From: a virus
Lineage: Duplodnaviria > Caudoviricetes
IMG/VR virus record: IMGVR_UViG_3300027734_003164
Span: 128,001 to 192,000 of that record
Length of the DNA: 64,000 nt
Strand: one strand, 5' to 3'
This document shows positions 38,068 through 48,331 of this stretch, one piece after another. The notes under the pieces were generated by a model. The model was not told the DNA's origin, made no database searches, and saw only the letters and a program-made list of their open reading frames with translations. The position numbers were made by a program, and so were the translations under genes. The first letter of the stretch is position 1, and each line of letters begins with the position of its first letter.

Positions 38068-38084
38068 AATGAATATTTTGAGGA

Positions 38085-38115
38085 TTGATTTAATTGTAAA
38101 TTAGTTTTATATTTT
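38085..38115 (+). promoter_or_regulatory. Bacteroidota-type promoter for glycosylation operon
   Basis: TTG-N20-TATATTTT between the terminator and the ATG at 38166. Confidence 0.5.
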
Positions 38116-38165
38116 CATTATAGTTGGTTAATACGCCCTCTATATTTAAAAAATCAATTACACAC

Positions 38166-39380
38166 ATGAAAAAAATTAAAGTACTTGTTCTAGCTAGTGA
38201 CCGCACAGGAGTTGGAAAATTTAGGTCTATAGACCCTCACGTAATGTTACAAAATAATCACTCAGATGAATTTCACGTAGATATAGATTACGACCCAAAA
38301 ATTAATGATTATAACTATTGGAAACAATATGACATTGTTCACTTCCATAGGTCAATTGGTCAAGATTTTGACCAAGCTAATGATTTAATCAAAAGGTTAA
38401 ACTCTATTGGAGTAATTACAATTATGGATTTAGACGACTATTGGTTGCCGACTAAAGAACACCCAATTCATCAACTAATCATACAGAACAAAATAAATGA
38501 AAAGATAGTTGCAAATTTAAAAGTAGCAGCACATGTTACAACAACAACTTCTTTATTCGCTTCAGAAATATCTAAAATTAATAAAAACGTATACGTTCTT
38601 CCAAACGCCATTAATCCAAAAGAACCTCAATTTAAATATGAAACAAAACCGTCAGATAAACTTCGTTTTGGATGGTTGGGCGGTTCTTCTCACTTACATG
38701 ATTTAAAATTATTAAACGGTGTTACAAATAAATTAAAAGATAGTCATGACAAATTTTCATTGTATCTATGTGGTTTCGATACAAGAGGAAGTGTTACTGA
38801 AATTAATAAAGAAACAGGTGAACAAAAACAAAGACCGATACGACCAGAAGAAACCGTATGGGCACGTTATGAAGAAATTTTTACTGACAATTATAAGTTA
38901 GTTTCTCCCCAACATCTTGAATACCTGAAAAAATTTGAGGATTCTGAATATATTATGGAGTCTGAACCTTTTTACAATCGAGTTTGGACAAAACCTGTTA
39001 CAAGTTACGCTTCAAATTATAGATTATTTGACGTTTCATTAGCTCCGATTGTAAATCATATTTTTAACCGAGTTAAGTCGCAATTAAAAGTTATTGAAGC
39101 TGGTTTTTACAAAAAAGCAATTATTGCTTCAAATGTTGGTCCCTACACTATTGATTTAAAACACGCATTAAAAAATGGTCAATTCTCTGACGGAAATGCA
39201 CTTTTAGTTGATGAAGTAAAAAATCATAGTGATTGGGCTAAAAACATGAAAAAATTAATTGATAATCCTAACTTTGCTTATGACTTGGGACAACGATTGT
39301 ATGAAACGGTTAAAGACACATATGATTTGAATGTGGTCACAAAAAATAGAGCGGAACTTTATAAATCTTTAATAAAATGA
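38166..39380 (+). CDS. GT-B (GT4-like) glycosyltransferase
   Basis: DLDDYW, FGWLGGSSH, DVSLAP...N.VKSQLKVIEAG...AIIAS.VGPY; start set at MKKIKV rather than 38124. Confidence 0.8.
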   Translation: MKKIKVLVLASDRTGVGKFRSIDPHVMLQNNHSDEFHVDIDYDPKINDYNYWKQYDIVHFHRSIGQDFDQANDLIKRLNSIGVITIMDLDDYWLPTKEHPIHQLIIQNKINEKIVANLKVAAHVTTTTSLFASEISKINKNVYVLPNAINPKEPQFKYETKPSDKLRFGWLGGSSHLHDLKLLNGVTNKLKDSHDKFSLYLCGFDTRGSVTEINKETGEQKQRPIRPEETVWARYEEIFTDNYKLVSPQHLEYLKKFEDSEYIMESEPFYNRVWTKPVTSYASNYRLFDVSLAPIVNHIFNRVKSQLKVIEAGFYKKAIIASNVGPYTIDLKHALKNGQFSDGNALLVDEVKNHSDWAKNMKKLIDNPNFAYDLGQRLYETVKDTYDLNVVTKNRAELYKSLIK

Positions 39381-40105
39381 TAAACATACCTATTAACAAA
39401 ATTTTATTTATCGACATTGAAACTGTTGGTATATGTAAGGATTGGCGGACTTGTCAAGAAAATCACCCCAAAATTGCAGAACAATTTGTTAAATACTTTG
39501 ATTGGTTTTTAAAACGATTTCCTGAAGATGACGTTGAGACGAATGGTCTTGAAGAAGAACTTCAAAAAATGAATGATGTTTATTCTTCAAGAGCGGCACT
39601 TGTTCCAGAGTTTGCTAAAATTGTTTGTGTATCAATGGCATTTGTTTTAGAAAACGGTGAAGTAAAAAAACAAACTTTTAAAAATGACAGCGAAGAGGAT
39701 TTATTGTTGGAAGTTAGAAATTTATTAGACCGTTGTCACAAATTAGATTTTTATTTGTGTGGGCATAATTTAAAAAACTTTGACATACCTATGTTGGCAA
39801 AACGTATGATTATTAACAACATTATGCCATCAAAAATACTTCCATCATACGACACTAAACCATGGGAAGTAAAAGCAATTGACACTAAAGAAATTTGGCA
39901 ATACGGTTCGTATAGTTCAATTGGTTCTTTAGATTTAATGTGTTCTTGTTTAGATATTCCAACACCAAAAGATGGTGAAATAAATGGGGGTATGGTTCAT
40001 CAGGCATATTGGAATCAGAATAGACTTGATGAAATTGCAAAATATTGTGAAAAAGATGTTGATGTTTTGATTGAATCAATAAAAAAATTAAAAAGTTTAA
40101 AATAA
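39377..40105 (+). CDS. DnaQ / PolB-like 3'-5' exonuclease
   Basis: FIDIET, GHNLKNFDIP, YCEKDV (DEDDy). Confidence 0.85.
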   Translation: MINIPINKILFIDIETVGICKDWRTCQENHPKIAEQFVKYFDWFLKRFPEDDVETNGLEEELQKMNDVYSSRAALVPEFAKIVCVSMAFVLENGEVKKQTFKNDSEEDLLLEVRNLLDRCHKLDFYLCGHNLKNFDIPMLAKRMIINNIMPSKILPSYDTKPWEVKAIDTKEIWQYGSYSSIGSLDLMCSCLDIPTPKDGEINGGMVHQAYWNQNRLDEIAKYCEKDVDVLIESIKKLKSLK

Positions 40106-40707
40106 TGTTTGAAAATATAAAAGATTTAAAAAATAGCATGAAAGCTTTAAAGGAGCTTCAATCTCAATTTGGTAATGTTGACATGACAAATCCTGAAAGT
40201 ATGTTAAAATCCATGGGACTTAATGTTGATGAAATCAATCAACATTTTGAAGGTCAATTTACATCAGAAGTTAATTTAAATTTTGTGAATAGTAGTGACA
40301 ATCAAAACCCTGAATACGCTTATAAAGGTGATTCGGGGTTTGATTTAAGAGCTTCGGAAGAAAAATGGGTTTTTCCAAACTCAAGAGTTTTAATACCTAC
40401 AGGTTTAAAATTTGACATTCCTGATGGTTATGAAATACAAGTAAGGTCTAAAAGTGGTTTAGCATTAAATCAAGGATTATTTGTTTTAAATTCACCTGGC
40501 ACGGTTGATAGTGGATACTTAGGTGAAATACAAGTTATTTTATTTAACACAACAACAGAAAAAGTTAAAATTGAAAAGGGTCAAAAAATTGCCCAAGCGG
40601 TTCTTTGTCCTGTTGTTAATGGCAAATGGGTTAATTTAACACAAATTTCAAATTTAGGTTCAAAAGACCGAAATGATAATGGATTTGGTTCAACAGGTTT
40701 AGTATGA
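40105..40707 (+). CDS. dut: Trimeric dUTPase with N-terminal extension
   Basis: DSGFDL, RSKSGLA, GTVDSGYLGEI, R..NGFGSTG. Confidence 0.95.
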   Translation: MFENIKDLKNSMKALKELQSQFGNVDMTNPESMLKSMGLNVDEINQHFEGQFTSEVNLNFVNSSDNQNPEYAYKGDSGFDLRASEEKWVFPNSRVLIPTGLKFDIPDGYEIQVRSKSGLALNQGLFVLNSPGTVDSGYLGEIQVILFNTTTEKVKIEKGQKIAQAVLCPVVNGKWVNLTQISNLGSKDRNDNGFGSTGLV

Positions 40708-42344
40708 TTACAGTAGGATTTTCAACAAGAAAAATAGATGACAATTTTGTCTCGATGTTAAAAAAAACGTCAGGAGTAAGTAAATTGGAAATAATACCAA
40801 TCGAAAACAATGGTGTATTTTCTCTTAGTGAAGCTTATAATAAAATTTTAAACGATTCCACTAATGACATTGTTGTATTGATGCATGACGACATTTATTT
40901 TGATAGCAAGAATTGGGCATCAAAAGTTTTAAATTATTTTAAAAGAAATCCTGACTATGGTATTCTTGGTGTTGCCGGCTCAACTTCGTTACCTTCTTCT
41001 GGTAAATGGTGGGAAGATTTTTCAAAACTTAAAGGAATTGTTAATCATGAACATGAAGGAAAAAAATGGGAGTCAAAATATTCAACAAGTAAGGGTAATC
41101 AGTTAGATGACGTATTGTTGGTAGATGGATTATTTATAGCAATTAATAAAAAAAATATTAAACACAACTTTAACGAAGAAGTTAAAGGGTTTCACTTTTA
41201 CGATGTAGATTTTTCTTTTAGAAATTATTTAGAAGATGTTAAAATTGGGGTTATGTATGATGTAAGAGTTACACATAAATCAATTGGTATGACTAATGAA
41301 CAATGGGAAAAAAATAGAGAAGAGTTTGCAGAAAAATTCAAAGATGTTTTACCCGTTAAAATCAAACGAAATCTTACAATCGATTCACCTTTAAAAGTTT
41401 TATTATCTTGTTTATTTTTTAAATCTTTTACAGGTTCAGAAATGTATGTTTATGAATTAGCAAGAGGATTAAAAAAATTAAATTGTGACGTTACGGTACT
41501 ATCAGACATTAATGGACCCTTATCTCAATTAGCAAAACAACAAGGAATCAAAGTCGTTTCATTTCAAGATGCTCCTGGTTACAAAATGGGAGATGGAAAG
41601 TGGGGATTTAACACACCACAAGGGTTTCAACCGACACAACAAAATGTAATGTACAAAATTGGTGATGTTAATTATGATATAATTCATACTCAACACACAC
41701 CCGTTTCAAATCAAATGTGTCAGATGTATCCTAATATTTCAAAAATATCAACAATACATTCTGAAGTCATAGAATTAGAAAATCCAATTATTCACAATTC
41801 AATTAAAAAATATATTTGCATTCGTCCTGAAATACAAAACCATATTGTTGAAAAATTTAATATTGATAAGGATAATACTAAAGTAATTTATAACCCAATC
41901 GACACAAAAAGATTCAATTCAAATAACATTAAAGATGATAATTACGTTTTGTTTGTTGGGACAATTGATTATTTAAGAGAAAATACAATAAGAGATTTAG
42001 TTACATACTCCTCTGAAATTAATAAAGAATTATGGTTAGTTGGTGAAAATAAATCAAATTACTTGGATGATTTATTAAAAAATCCACACGTAAAACATTT
42101 TAACGCAACAAGTAAAGTTGAACAGTATGTTAAAAACTGTTCTGAAACCGCAGGTATTCTTTTGGGAAGAACAACTATTGAAGGTTGGATGTGTAATAAA
42201 CCCGGATGGATTTACAATGTTGAAAGTAGTGGTTATATTTTAGATAAAAAATTACATATGCCGCCGACAGATGTTAGTAAATTTGATTCTATTGAGGTTG
42301 CAAAAAAAATAAAAGAAGAATATATTAAAGTTATAAATCAATGA
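40704..42344 (+). CDS. Fused GT-A (GT2-like) plus GT-B glycosyltransferase
   Basis: N-half VLMHDD...VDGLF...FHFYDVD; C-half FTGSEMYVYELA...HSE...GRT.IEG. Confidence 0.75.
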   Translation: MITVGFSTRKIDDNFVSMLKKTSGVSKLEIIPIENNGVFSLSEAYNKILNDSTNDIVVLMHDDIYFDSKNWASKVLNYFKRNPDYGILGVAGSTSLPSSGKWWEDFSKLKGIVNHEHEGKKWESKYSTSKGNQLDDVLLVDGLFIAINKKNIKHNFNEEVKGFHFYDVDFSFRNYLEDVKIGVMYDVRVTHKSIGMTNEQWEKNREEFAEKFKDVLPVKIKRNLTIDSPLKVLLSCLFFKSFTGSEMYVYELARGLKKLNCDVTVLSDINGPLSQLAKQQGIKVVSFQDAPGYKMGDGKWGFNTPQGFQPTQQNVMYKIGDVNYDIIHTQHTPVSNQMCQMYPNISKISTIHSEVIELENPIIHNSIKKYICIRPEIQNHIVEKFNIDKDNTKVIYNPIDTKRFNSNNIKDDNYVLFVGTIDYLRENTIRDLVTYSSEINKELWLVGENKSNYLDDLLKNPHVKHFNATSKVEQYVKNCSETAGILLGRTTIEGWMCNKPGWIYNVESSGYILDKKLHMPPTDVSKFDSIEVAKKIKEEYIKVINQ

Positions 42345-43009
42345 AATTATTAATAAAGTTTCCAACAAGAGGTAGAGTAGATAAATTTTTTTCAGTATTA
42401 CAAATTTATCATGATTTATGTTTAGATATTGATAATACTGAATTTCTCATATCCATAGATGAAGATGATAATTCTATGAACAACGATGAAGTTATAAATA
42501 AAATAAAGAGTTATAAAAATACAACTCTCAAAATTGGTCTTTCTAATTCTAAAATTCATGCCGTCAATAGGGATTTAAATGAACATAAAAATAAATGGGA
42601 TATTCTTTTATTGGCCTCTGATGACATGATTCCGCAAATAAAAGGTTATGATAAGATTATAAAAGATAATATGTTGTTTAATTATCCAGATTTGGATGGT
42701 GTATTGTGGTTTAATGACGGTTATCAGGGAAACAAATTAAATACACTATGTATTTTAGGTTATAAATATTATAAACGTTTTAATTATATATATCACCCCG
42801 ATTATAAATCATGCTGGTCAGACAATGAATTTATGCTTGTTGGAAATTTGTTACGTAAACAATCATATATAGACCAAGTCATCATTAGACATGAACATCC
42901 GGACTGGGGGTATGGGAATATAGATTTTGTACATGATAATAATGTAAAAGACTTAAGTCATGACTACAACGTATTCCAATTAAGAAAATCAATAAATTTT
43001 GAAATATGA
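42341..43009 (+). CDS. GT-A fold glycosyltransferase-like protein
   Basis: KFPTRGR...DEDD...LASDDMIP...DNEF...I.HEH. Confidence 0.65.
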   Translation: MKLLIKFPTRGRVDKFFSVLQIYHDLCLDIDNTEFLISIDEDDNSMNNDEVINKIKSYKNTTLKIGLSNSKIHAVNRDLNEHKNKWDILLLASDDMIPQIKGYDKIIKDNMLFNYPDLDGVLWFNDGYQGNKLNTLCILGYKYYKRFNYIYHPDYKSCWSDNEFMLVGNLLRKQSYIDQVIIRHEHPDWGYGNIDFVHDNNVKDLSHDYNVFQLRKSINFEI

Positions 43010-43836
43010 AAATATCACTAAACACGATGGTAAAAAATGAAGCGGACACACTTCAAAACGTTTTACCGATATGGAATAAATACAAGGTTGATTATTTTAT
43101 TTTTTACAATGACAATTCAACTGACGAAACCGTAGACGTTATATATGATTTACTACCTGAAGAAAAAATTATTATATTAAATCATCACCTTGAATCTTTT
43201 AATGAAGGGTACCAAAGACAAACTATGATAGATAAAAGTAGAGAACTGGGAATTGATTATATTATATGTTTAGATGCGGATGAACTGTTAAGTAGTAATA
43301 TTACCAAAGACATAACTACTTTCATGAAAAACTATGAAGAATATGACATGAAATTGTTTTGGTATAATGTTGTGAATGATGGACTTATTCTTTATAGAAA
43401 CGACCCAATGTATTCAAATAATTACAGGACTTTTGTATTACCAGTAAAAAACATAGGAGATTTAAATAAAAATGATTGGAAATATCACACACCTAGAACT
43501 CCCGAGGTAAATTTACCTAAAAAATTTACAAAAGATTATGGAATTATACATCTTCAAAGCGTAAATAGAAAATATTATGCAATGAAACAATTATGGTATA
43601 AACATCATGAGTTTAAACATTATAACCACACAGTTGATTTTATTAATGGAAGATATGACTCAGTAGTGAATAATTTAAATTTTAACCCCCAATTTACACC
43701 TAAAGAAATTATAGATGGTATTGACATAGACTTATCGTTTTTTAATCTATTAGAAGTAAAAAAAGGATATTATGATTTTATCATAAACAATAAAAACGAA
43801 GATTTAATAACATTTGGAAAGGAATATTTTATATGA
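43006..43836 (+). CDS. GT2-like glycosyltransferase
   Basis: MVKNEA...DNSTD...LDADE. Confidence 0.7.
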   Translation: MKISLNTMVKNEADTLQNVLPIWNKYKVDYFIFYNDNSTDETVDVIYDLLPEEKIIILNHHLESFNEGYQRQTMIDKSRELGIDYIICLDADELLSSNITKDITTFMKNYEEYDMKLFWYNVVNDGLILYRNDPMYSNNYRTFVLPVKNIGDLNKNDWKYHTPRTPEVNLPKKFTKDYGIIHLQSVNRKYYAMKQLWYKHHEFKHYNHTVDFINGRYDSVVNNLNFNPQFTPKEIIDGIDIDLSFFNLLEVKKGYYDFIINNKNEDLITFGKEYFI

Positions 43837-44570
43837 ATTACACAATAGGAATAACAACATTTTCGGCTAGAATAGATTTTTTAATCAAACTTTTAGAACA
43901 AATACGTTTTTTTACTGAAGTACCAATTATTGTAGTTATTAATGGTGAAAAGAATGGAAAATTATCTGACGATTATTTACTAAAATTATATTCTCTTTTT
44001 TCTAGATACAATCAAATATATCCAATATTTTTTCAAGAAATTAGAGGACTATCAAAAATGTGGAATACGGCTATTATTCATTCGTCTTCTGATAATATAT
44101 TATTGTTGAATGATGATATTGAAATTCACAACAATGATATATTCAAAAAAGTAGAGGAGCTTTCAAATAATAATAGTTTTAACTCAATTTGTAAATTTAA
44201 TGGGTCTTTTTCACATTTTTTTGTTAAGAAAGAATGTATTGAAAAAATTGGATTTTTTGATGAGAGGTTACTAGGATTTGGAGAGGAAGATGGTGATATA
44301 TCATATAGACTTATAAAGGATAGTATGGAACTCCGCTCATTAGGTGTTTCAGGTTTAATTAATATTGTTTCTGATGTAAGGCATTCTGAAATTAAACCGG
44401 GTATTGGTAAATACTCTAAATTTAATAGGGATTTTATATATGGTCAAAAATATGTACCAACTAATCAAGGTATTAAAGGTATGTTTGACACTCCGATGAT
44501 TGAAAACCTACAAAATGAAAATATTAATCCTTACGAAGTATTTTTTAGAGAGAATAAATCAAAATTATAG
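43833..44570 (+). CDS. GT2-like glycosyltransferase
   Basis: LLLNDD...GFFDER..G.GEEDGD. Confidence 0.75.
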   Translation: MNYTIGITTFSARIDFLIKLLEQIRFFTEVPIIVVINGEKNGKLSDDYLLKLYSLFSRYNQIYPIFFQEIRGLSKMWNTAIIHSSSDNILLLNDDIEIHNNDIFKKVEELSNNNSFNSICKFNGSFSHFFVKKECIEKIGFFDERLLGFGEEDGDISYRLIKDSMELRSLGVSGLINIVSDVRHSEIKPGIGKYSKFNRDFIYGQKYVPTNQGIKGMFDTPMIENLQNENINPYEVFFRENKSKL

Positions 44571-44579
44571 AATAGAAAA

Positions 44580-45785
44580 ATGTTAGACTTGAATAATTTA
44601 ATACCTTTTAAAACACTTTTTGAAAGTGATAATAACGGGAGAGAAATTAATATTTACAAATTACATAATGTGCAATTTTATGAAAATAACATTTTTTATC
44701 CAAATGTGATATTAAAGTCTGAAAAAAACGACATAAAACCTATTAATGAAACGGTATTATCATTAAAGGAATTGGATTTTTCATCACATAATAAATCAAT
44801 GTTAGAAATAAAAGATAGAGATTCAAAACCTTATTTTTTCTTCATTTATAATACTGATAACTATTATCATTTTGTGTATGATACACTACCATATTTAATT
44901 ACGTTTTTTGAACTTAAAAAAGAAATCCCCGATTTACAACTTTTGATGAATTACCCTAATTACCAAAAGTTTGAACATTATAAATTTGTTATTGAATTTT
45001 TATATATTTTATCAATAAACAAAGATGATATTACAATTGTAAATCCATCTATCGCATATGATAATTTATACGTATCTAATTCATACACTCACGATGGTAA
45101 ATCAAATATTAAACCAAGAAATGAAGTTTACAAGTTTTACAATAATATGGTTAATTTTATAACTAATGATATTAAAAAAGAAAAATTACCGACAAAAATT
45201 TATATTTCCAGAAGAACATGGATTAATAAAGACACGTCAAATATAGGTACAAATTATACAACAAAAAGAAGATTATTAAATGAAGATGAGATTGTTGAGT
45301 ATTTAAAAACTAAAGGTTTTGTTGAAGTTTTTACTGAAAATCTTTCAACACCTGAGAAAATATTATTATTCAATAATGCGGAACACATTATAGGGCCGAT
45401 AGGTGGTGGGTTATGTAATGCACTATTTTCTAACAAAAAAACAAAATTAACAGTTTTAAATTCACCCACTTTTTTTGACATAAACTATCGGTTTTTATTT
45501 TCGTTTGAAAATGTTAATTATGAAATATTAGATATTTCTGAACATACAGAAAAAAGTAAAATAAAAAAATTCATGAGAGTTAAATTTGATAATAAAGTGG
45601 GTGAAGTGGTTGACATAGATGGTGATAATATTACTATTAATTATAGTGATATGGATGTTGCGGGGTGGAATAATCAAATTGAATTTAAACAAATTATTAA
45701 AAATATAATGGAACTAATCCCTTTAGATGACGGACTTAATTCTGAATGGATAATTGACATTAAAAAACTAAAAGAAATAATATGA
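44580..45785 (+). CDS. GT61 (DUF563-like) glycosyltransferase
   Basis: NYYHF..DTLP, IYISRR, LLNEDE, E.L...E.I.LF..A..I.GP.GGGL.N.LF. Confidence 0.75.
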   Translation: MLDLNNLIPFKTLFESDNNGREINIYKLHNVQFYENNIFYPNVILKSEKNDIKPINETVLSLKELDFSSHNKSMLEIKDRDSKPYFFFIYNTDNYYHFVYDTLPYLITFFELKKEIPDLQLLMNYPNYQKFEHYKFVIEFLYILSINKDDITIVNPSIAYDNLYVSNSYTHDGKSNIKPRNEVYKFYNNMVNFITNDIKKEKLPTKIYISRRTWINKDTSNIGTNYTTKRRLLNEDEIVEYLKTKGFVEVFTENLSTPEKILLFNNAEHIIGPIGGGLCNALFSNKKTKLTVLNSPTFFDINYRFLFSFENVNYEILDISEHTEKSKIKKFMRVKFDNKVGEVVDIDGDNITINYSDMDVAGWNNQIEFKQIIKNIMELIPLDDGLNSEWIIDIKKLKEII

Positions 45786-46600
45786 TTAATTATGTAATTT
45801 ATGGTCATACGGATTATTTAGACGTTTTAAATATCCAAACTGATTACTCACAAAATAAGGGACATTTGACTCTTTTTATAAATGAAAATAATTTAGAACT
45901 AACAGATTTATATGAAAAATATAATGAGGTTATTTTTTATGATGATAAGGGCACTTACGCAACGAGAGTTTTAAGTTGTTTAGAAAAAATAAAGTATGAT
46001 TATATTTTATTTTTTCACGATATTGACATTATATTAAAAAGTGATGATAGGACTATTGAAAAATTGTTTGAGTTTTTAAGAACAAATAATTTTGATAGGG
46101 TCGATTTAAAATTTTCAGATAAGATTAACCCATCGACAAAATTAATTAAAATAAATAATTTAGATGATATATCAGAATGGGAACATATTAATATGAGTGA
46201 AATTGAGAAAAAAAATAATATTCCGTATTTAATTGAACAGGACGATGTGACTAATTACATATATAATGTAAACCCGTCTATATGGAAAAAAGAATCTTTT
46301 ATTGATTTACTTAGTAATTTTAAACATAAAAATTATCGTACAATAGAAGACATTGATGTCCAAGAGTACTCAAAAAAATTCAAAATATTTAAAATGTTTT
46401 CAAACAAAAAACTAAATTGTGGGTATTTCCAATGCTTAGAAAGTTTTGTATACTTACATATAAGTCATAATGGTAAACTTTTACCATTAAATATGAATTT
46501 TGTTACAGTTTACGGTCAATCTTACCGTGATATAAGTAATGAATATATAAAAATTGTAGAAAAATATAATCTAATAAATTCAAATAAATGGTATAAATAA
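45782..46600 (+). CDS. Hypothetical GT-A-like protein (paralog of 47522..48331)
   Basis: YILFFHDIDI, FDRVDL, YNVNPSIWKKE shared with the paralog. Confidence 0.65.
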   Translation: MINYVIYGHTDYLDVLNIQTDYSQNKGHLTLFINENNLELTDLYEKYNEVIFYDDKGTYATRVLSCLEKIKYDYILFFHDIDIILKSDDRTIEKLFEFLRTNNFDRVDLKFSDKINPSTKLIKINNLDDISEWEHINMSEIEKKNNIPYLIEQDDVTNYIYNVNPSIWKKESFIDLLSNFKHKNYRTIEDIDVQEYSKKFKIFKMFSNKKLNCGYFQCLESFVYLHISHNGKLLPLNMNFVTVYGQSYRDISNEYIKIVEKYNLINSNKWYK

Positions 46601-46601
46601 T

Positions 46602-47525
46602 ATGAGCTTAGAACAATTAAAAGAATGTAAATACATTTCTAGTGTTGGAATGTTACTATCATTGGACGATAATAACATCATAACCTATCAGAAAGAACCT
46701 CACAGAATAACTCATGATTTCGTAAAATTATTAAATGGTAAAGATGGTGATTGCATCTACATTAAATTTGCATTTTTTACCCAATTTATACATCAAATTT
46801 TACCACAATTAAATTATAAATTTATATTAATCACGGGAGACGGAGATGAAACTATGCCTGACGATATGATTAGTCCTGAAATATTTAATAATATTATTAA
46901 TGACGCAAGACTAATACATTGGTATTCAGTAAACTGTAATGAACGTTATCATGAAAAATTTTCATTAATACCTATTGGTGTAAATTTCCATTCTCTAACA
47001 TTTGGTGAATTTTGCGGGTGGAGTAGTGGTGCGATGACACCAAAAGAACAAGAAGAAATGTTGGATTCCATAAAGAAAAAATCTGGAGAATTTTATCAAA
47101 GACAACCTAAATGTTACTCTAATTTTCATTTTGTAACATATTCGGAGTTTGGTAATCCGAGACAGGACGCCATTAACAAAATACCAAAGGACCTAATTTA
47201 TTATGAACCTTCATTAGTAGATAGAGAAACAACTTGGACAAAAAACGCAGAGTACGCATTTACCGTATCCCCAATGGGACATGGTATGGATTGTCATAGA
47301 ACATGGGAATCGTTAATGTTAGGTACAATTGTAATTGTAAAAAAATCTCAATTAGATAGTTTATATGAAGGGTTACCTGTACTTATCGTGGATGATTGGA
47401 GTGAAATTACACAAGATTTATTAGATAAGACAATTGAAGAATTTAAAAATAAAGAATTTAACTATGAAAGAATCACCCTAAAATATTGGGTAGATAAAAT
47501 CCGTAATACCCCATACCAAAAATGA
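46602..47525 (+). CDS. Exostosin (GT47)-like glycosyltransferase
   Basis: FTVSPMGHGMDCHRTWE.L.LG.I.IV...LY..LPVL.V.DW. Confidence 0.6.
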   Translation: MSLEQLKECKYISSVGMLLSLDDNNIITYQKEPHRITHDFVKLLNGKDGDCIYIKFAFFTQFIHQILPQLNYKFILITGDGDETMPDDMISPEIFNNIINDARLIHWYSVNCNERYHEKFSLIPIGVNFHSLTFGEFCGWSSGAMTPKEQEEMLDSIKKKSGEFYQRQPKCYSNFHFVTYSEFGNPRQDAINKIPKDLIYYEPSLVDRETTWTKNAEYAFTVSPMGHGMDCHRTWESLMLGTIVIVKKSQLDSLYEGLPVLIVDDWSEITQDLLDKTIEEFKNKEFNYERITLKYWVDKIRNTPYQK

Positions 47526-48331
47526 TATTTTTTGATGTAAAAAAATTTGAATTATCAGACAACACTCATATTGATAAATTGAAATTTGTCGTTTATAGTC
47601 ATTCTTCTTTCTTAGAGGTTTTAAAGATACAAATTGATTATTTAACCAATATTGGGGATATGATTTTAATCATAAATAAAAATGATGAAGACCTTAATGA
47701 AATCTATAATAGTTTTGAAAAAGTTATTTTTTATGATGATTCACAACCATATGGTTACCGTTTATTAAGTACTATTGAAGAAGTTCCCTATGATTATTTT
47801 ATTTTCATACACGATAATGATATTGTATTTCATATTGATGTAGAAAAAGTAAAAAGTATGTTTACCTTTTTGCGTAAAAATAACTATGATAGAGTAGATT
47901 TTCAATTAGCATATGATTTTGATACTCTAAAAGGTCACGAAATAATGGATGACGAGTTATATTATATTAAATCGTCAAATACTGATACAGCAAATAAAGG
48001 TTATCCATATAATGTAAATCCATCAATATGGAAAAAAGAAACATTACTTGACATAATGAATAAATTTGGATTTAGGGATTATAGAACAATTGAACACCCT
48101 GAAACTCAAAACTACGCAGTTAATTTTAACATCTTTAAACTTTTTTCAAAAAACAAATATCAATGCGGATATTTTATTTGTATGGAGCCGTTTAGATATA
48201 TTCACATAACACATAGTCAGAAATATTTAAATATAAACTCATTACCTATTGGCTCTTGTGAAGACATTAAAGATGAATACGAAAAAATAGTAAATAAATA
48301 TAATTTAAAAAATTCAAGTAAATGGATGTAA
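47522..48331 (+). CDS. Hypothetical GT-A-like protein (paralog of 45782..46600)
   Basis: YFIFIHDNDI, YDRVDF, YNVNPSIWKKE. Confidence 0.65.
   Translation: MIFFDVKKFELSDNTHIDKLKFVVYSHSSFLEVLKIQIDYLTNIGDMILIINKNDEDLNEIYNSFEKVIFYDDSQPYGYRLLSTIEEVPYDYFIFIHDNDIVFHIDVEKVKSMFTFLRKNNYDRVDFQLAYDFDTLKGHEIMDDELYYIKSSNTDTANKGYPYNVNPSIWKKETLLDIMNKFGFRDYRTIEHPETQNYAVNFNIFKLFSKNKYQCGYFICMEPFRYIHITHSQKYLNINSLPIGSCEDIKDEYEKIVNKYNLKNSSKWM

Noticed and set aside
38124-38165. Longer ORF-track starts (38124, 18493, 54692, 59503)
   Set aside because: They run through promoter, terminator or upstream-gene sequence; downstream ATGs have A-rich leaders and begin at the conserved domain
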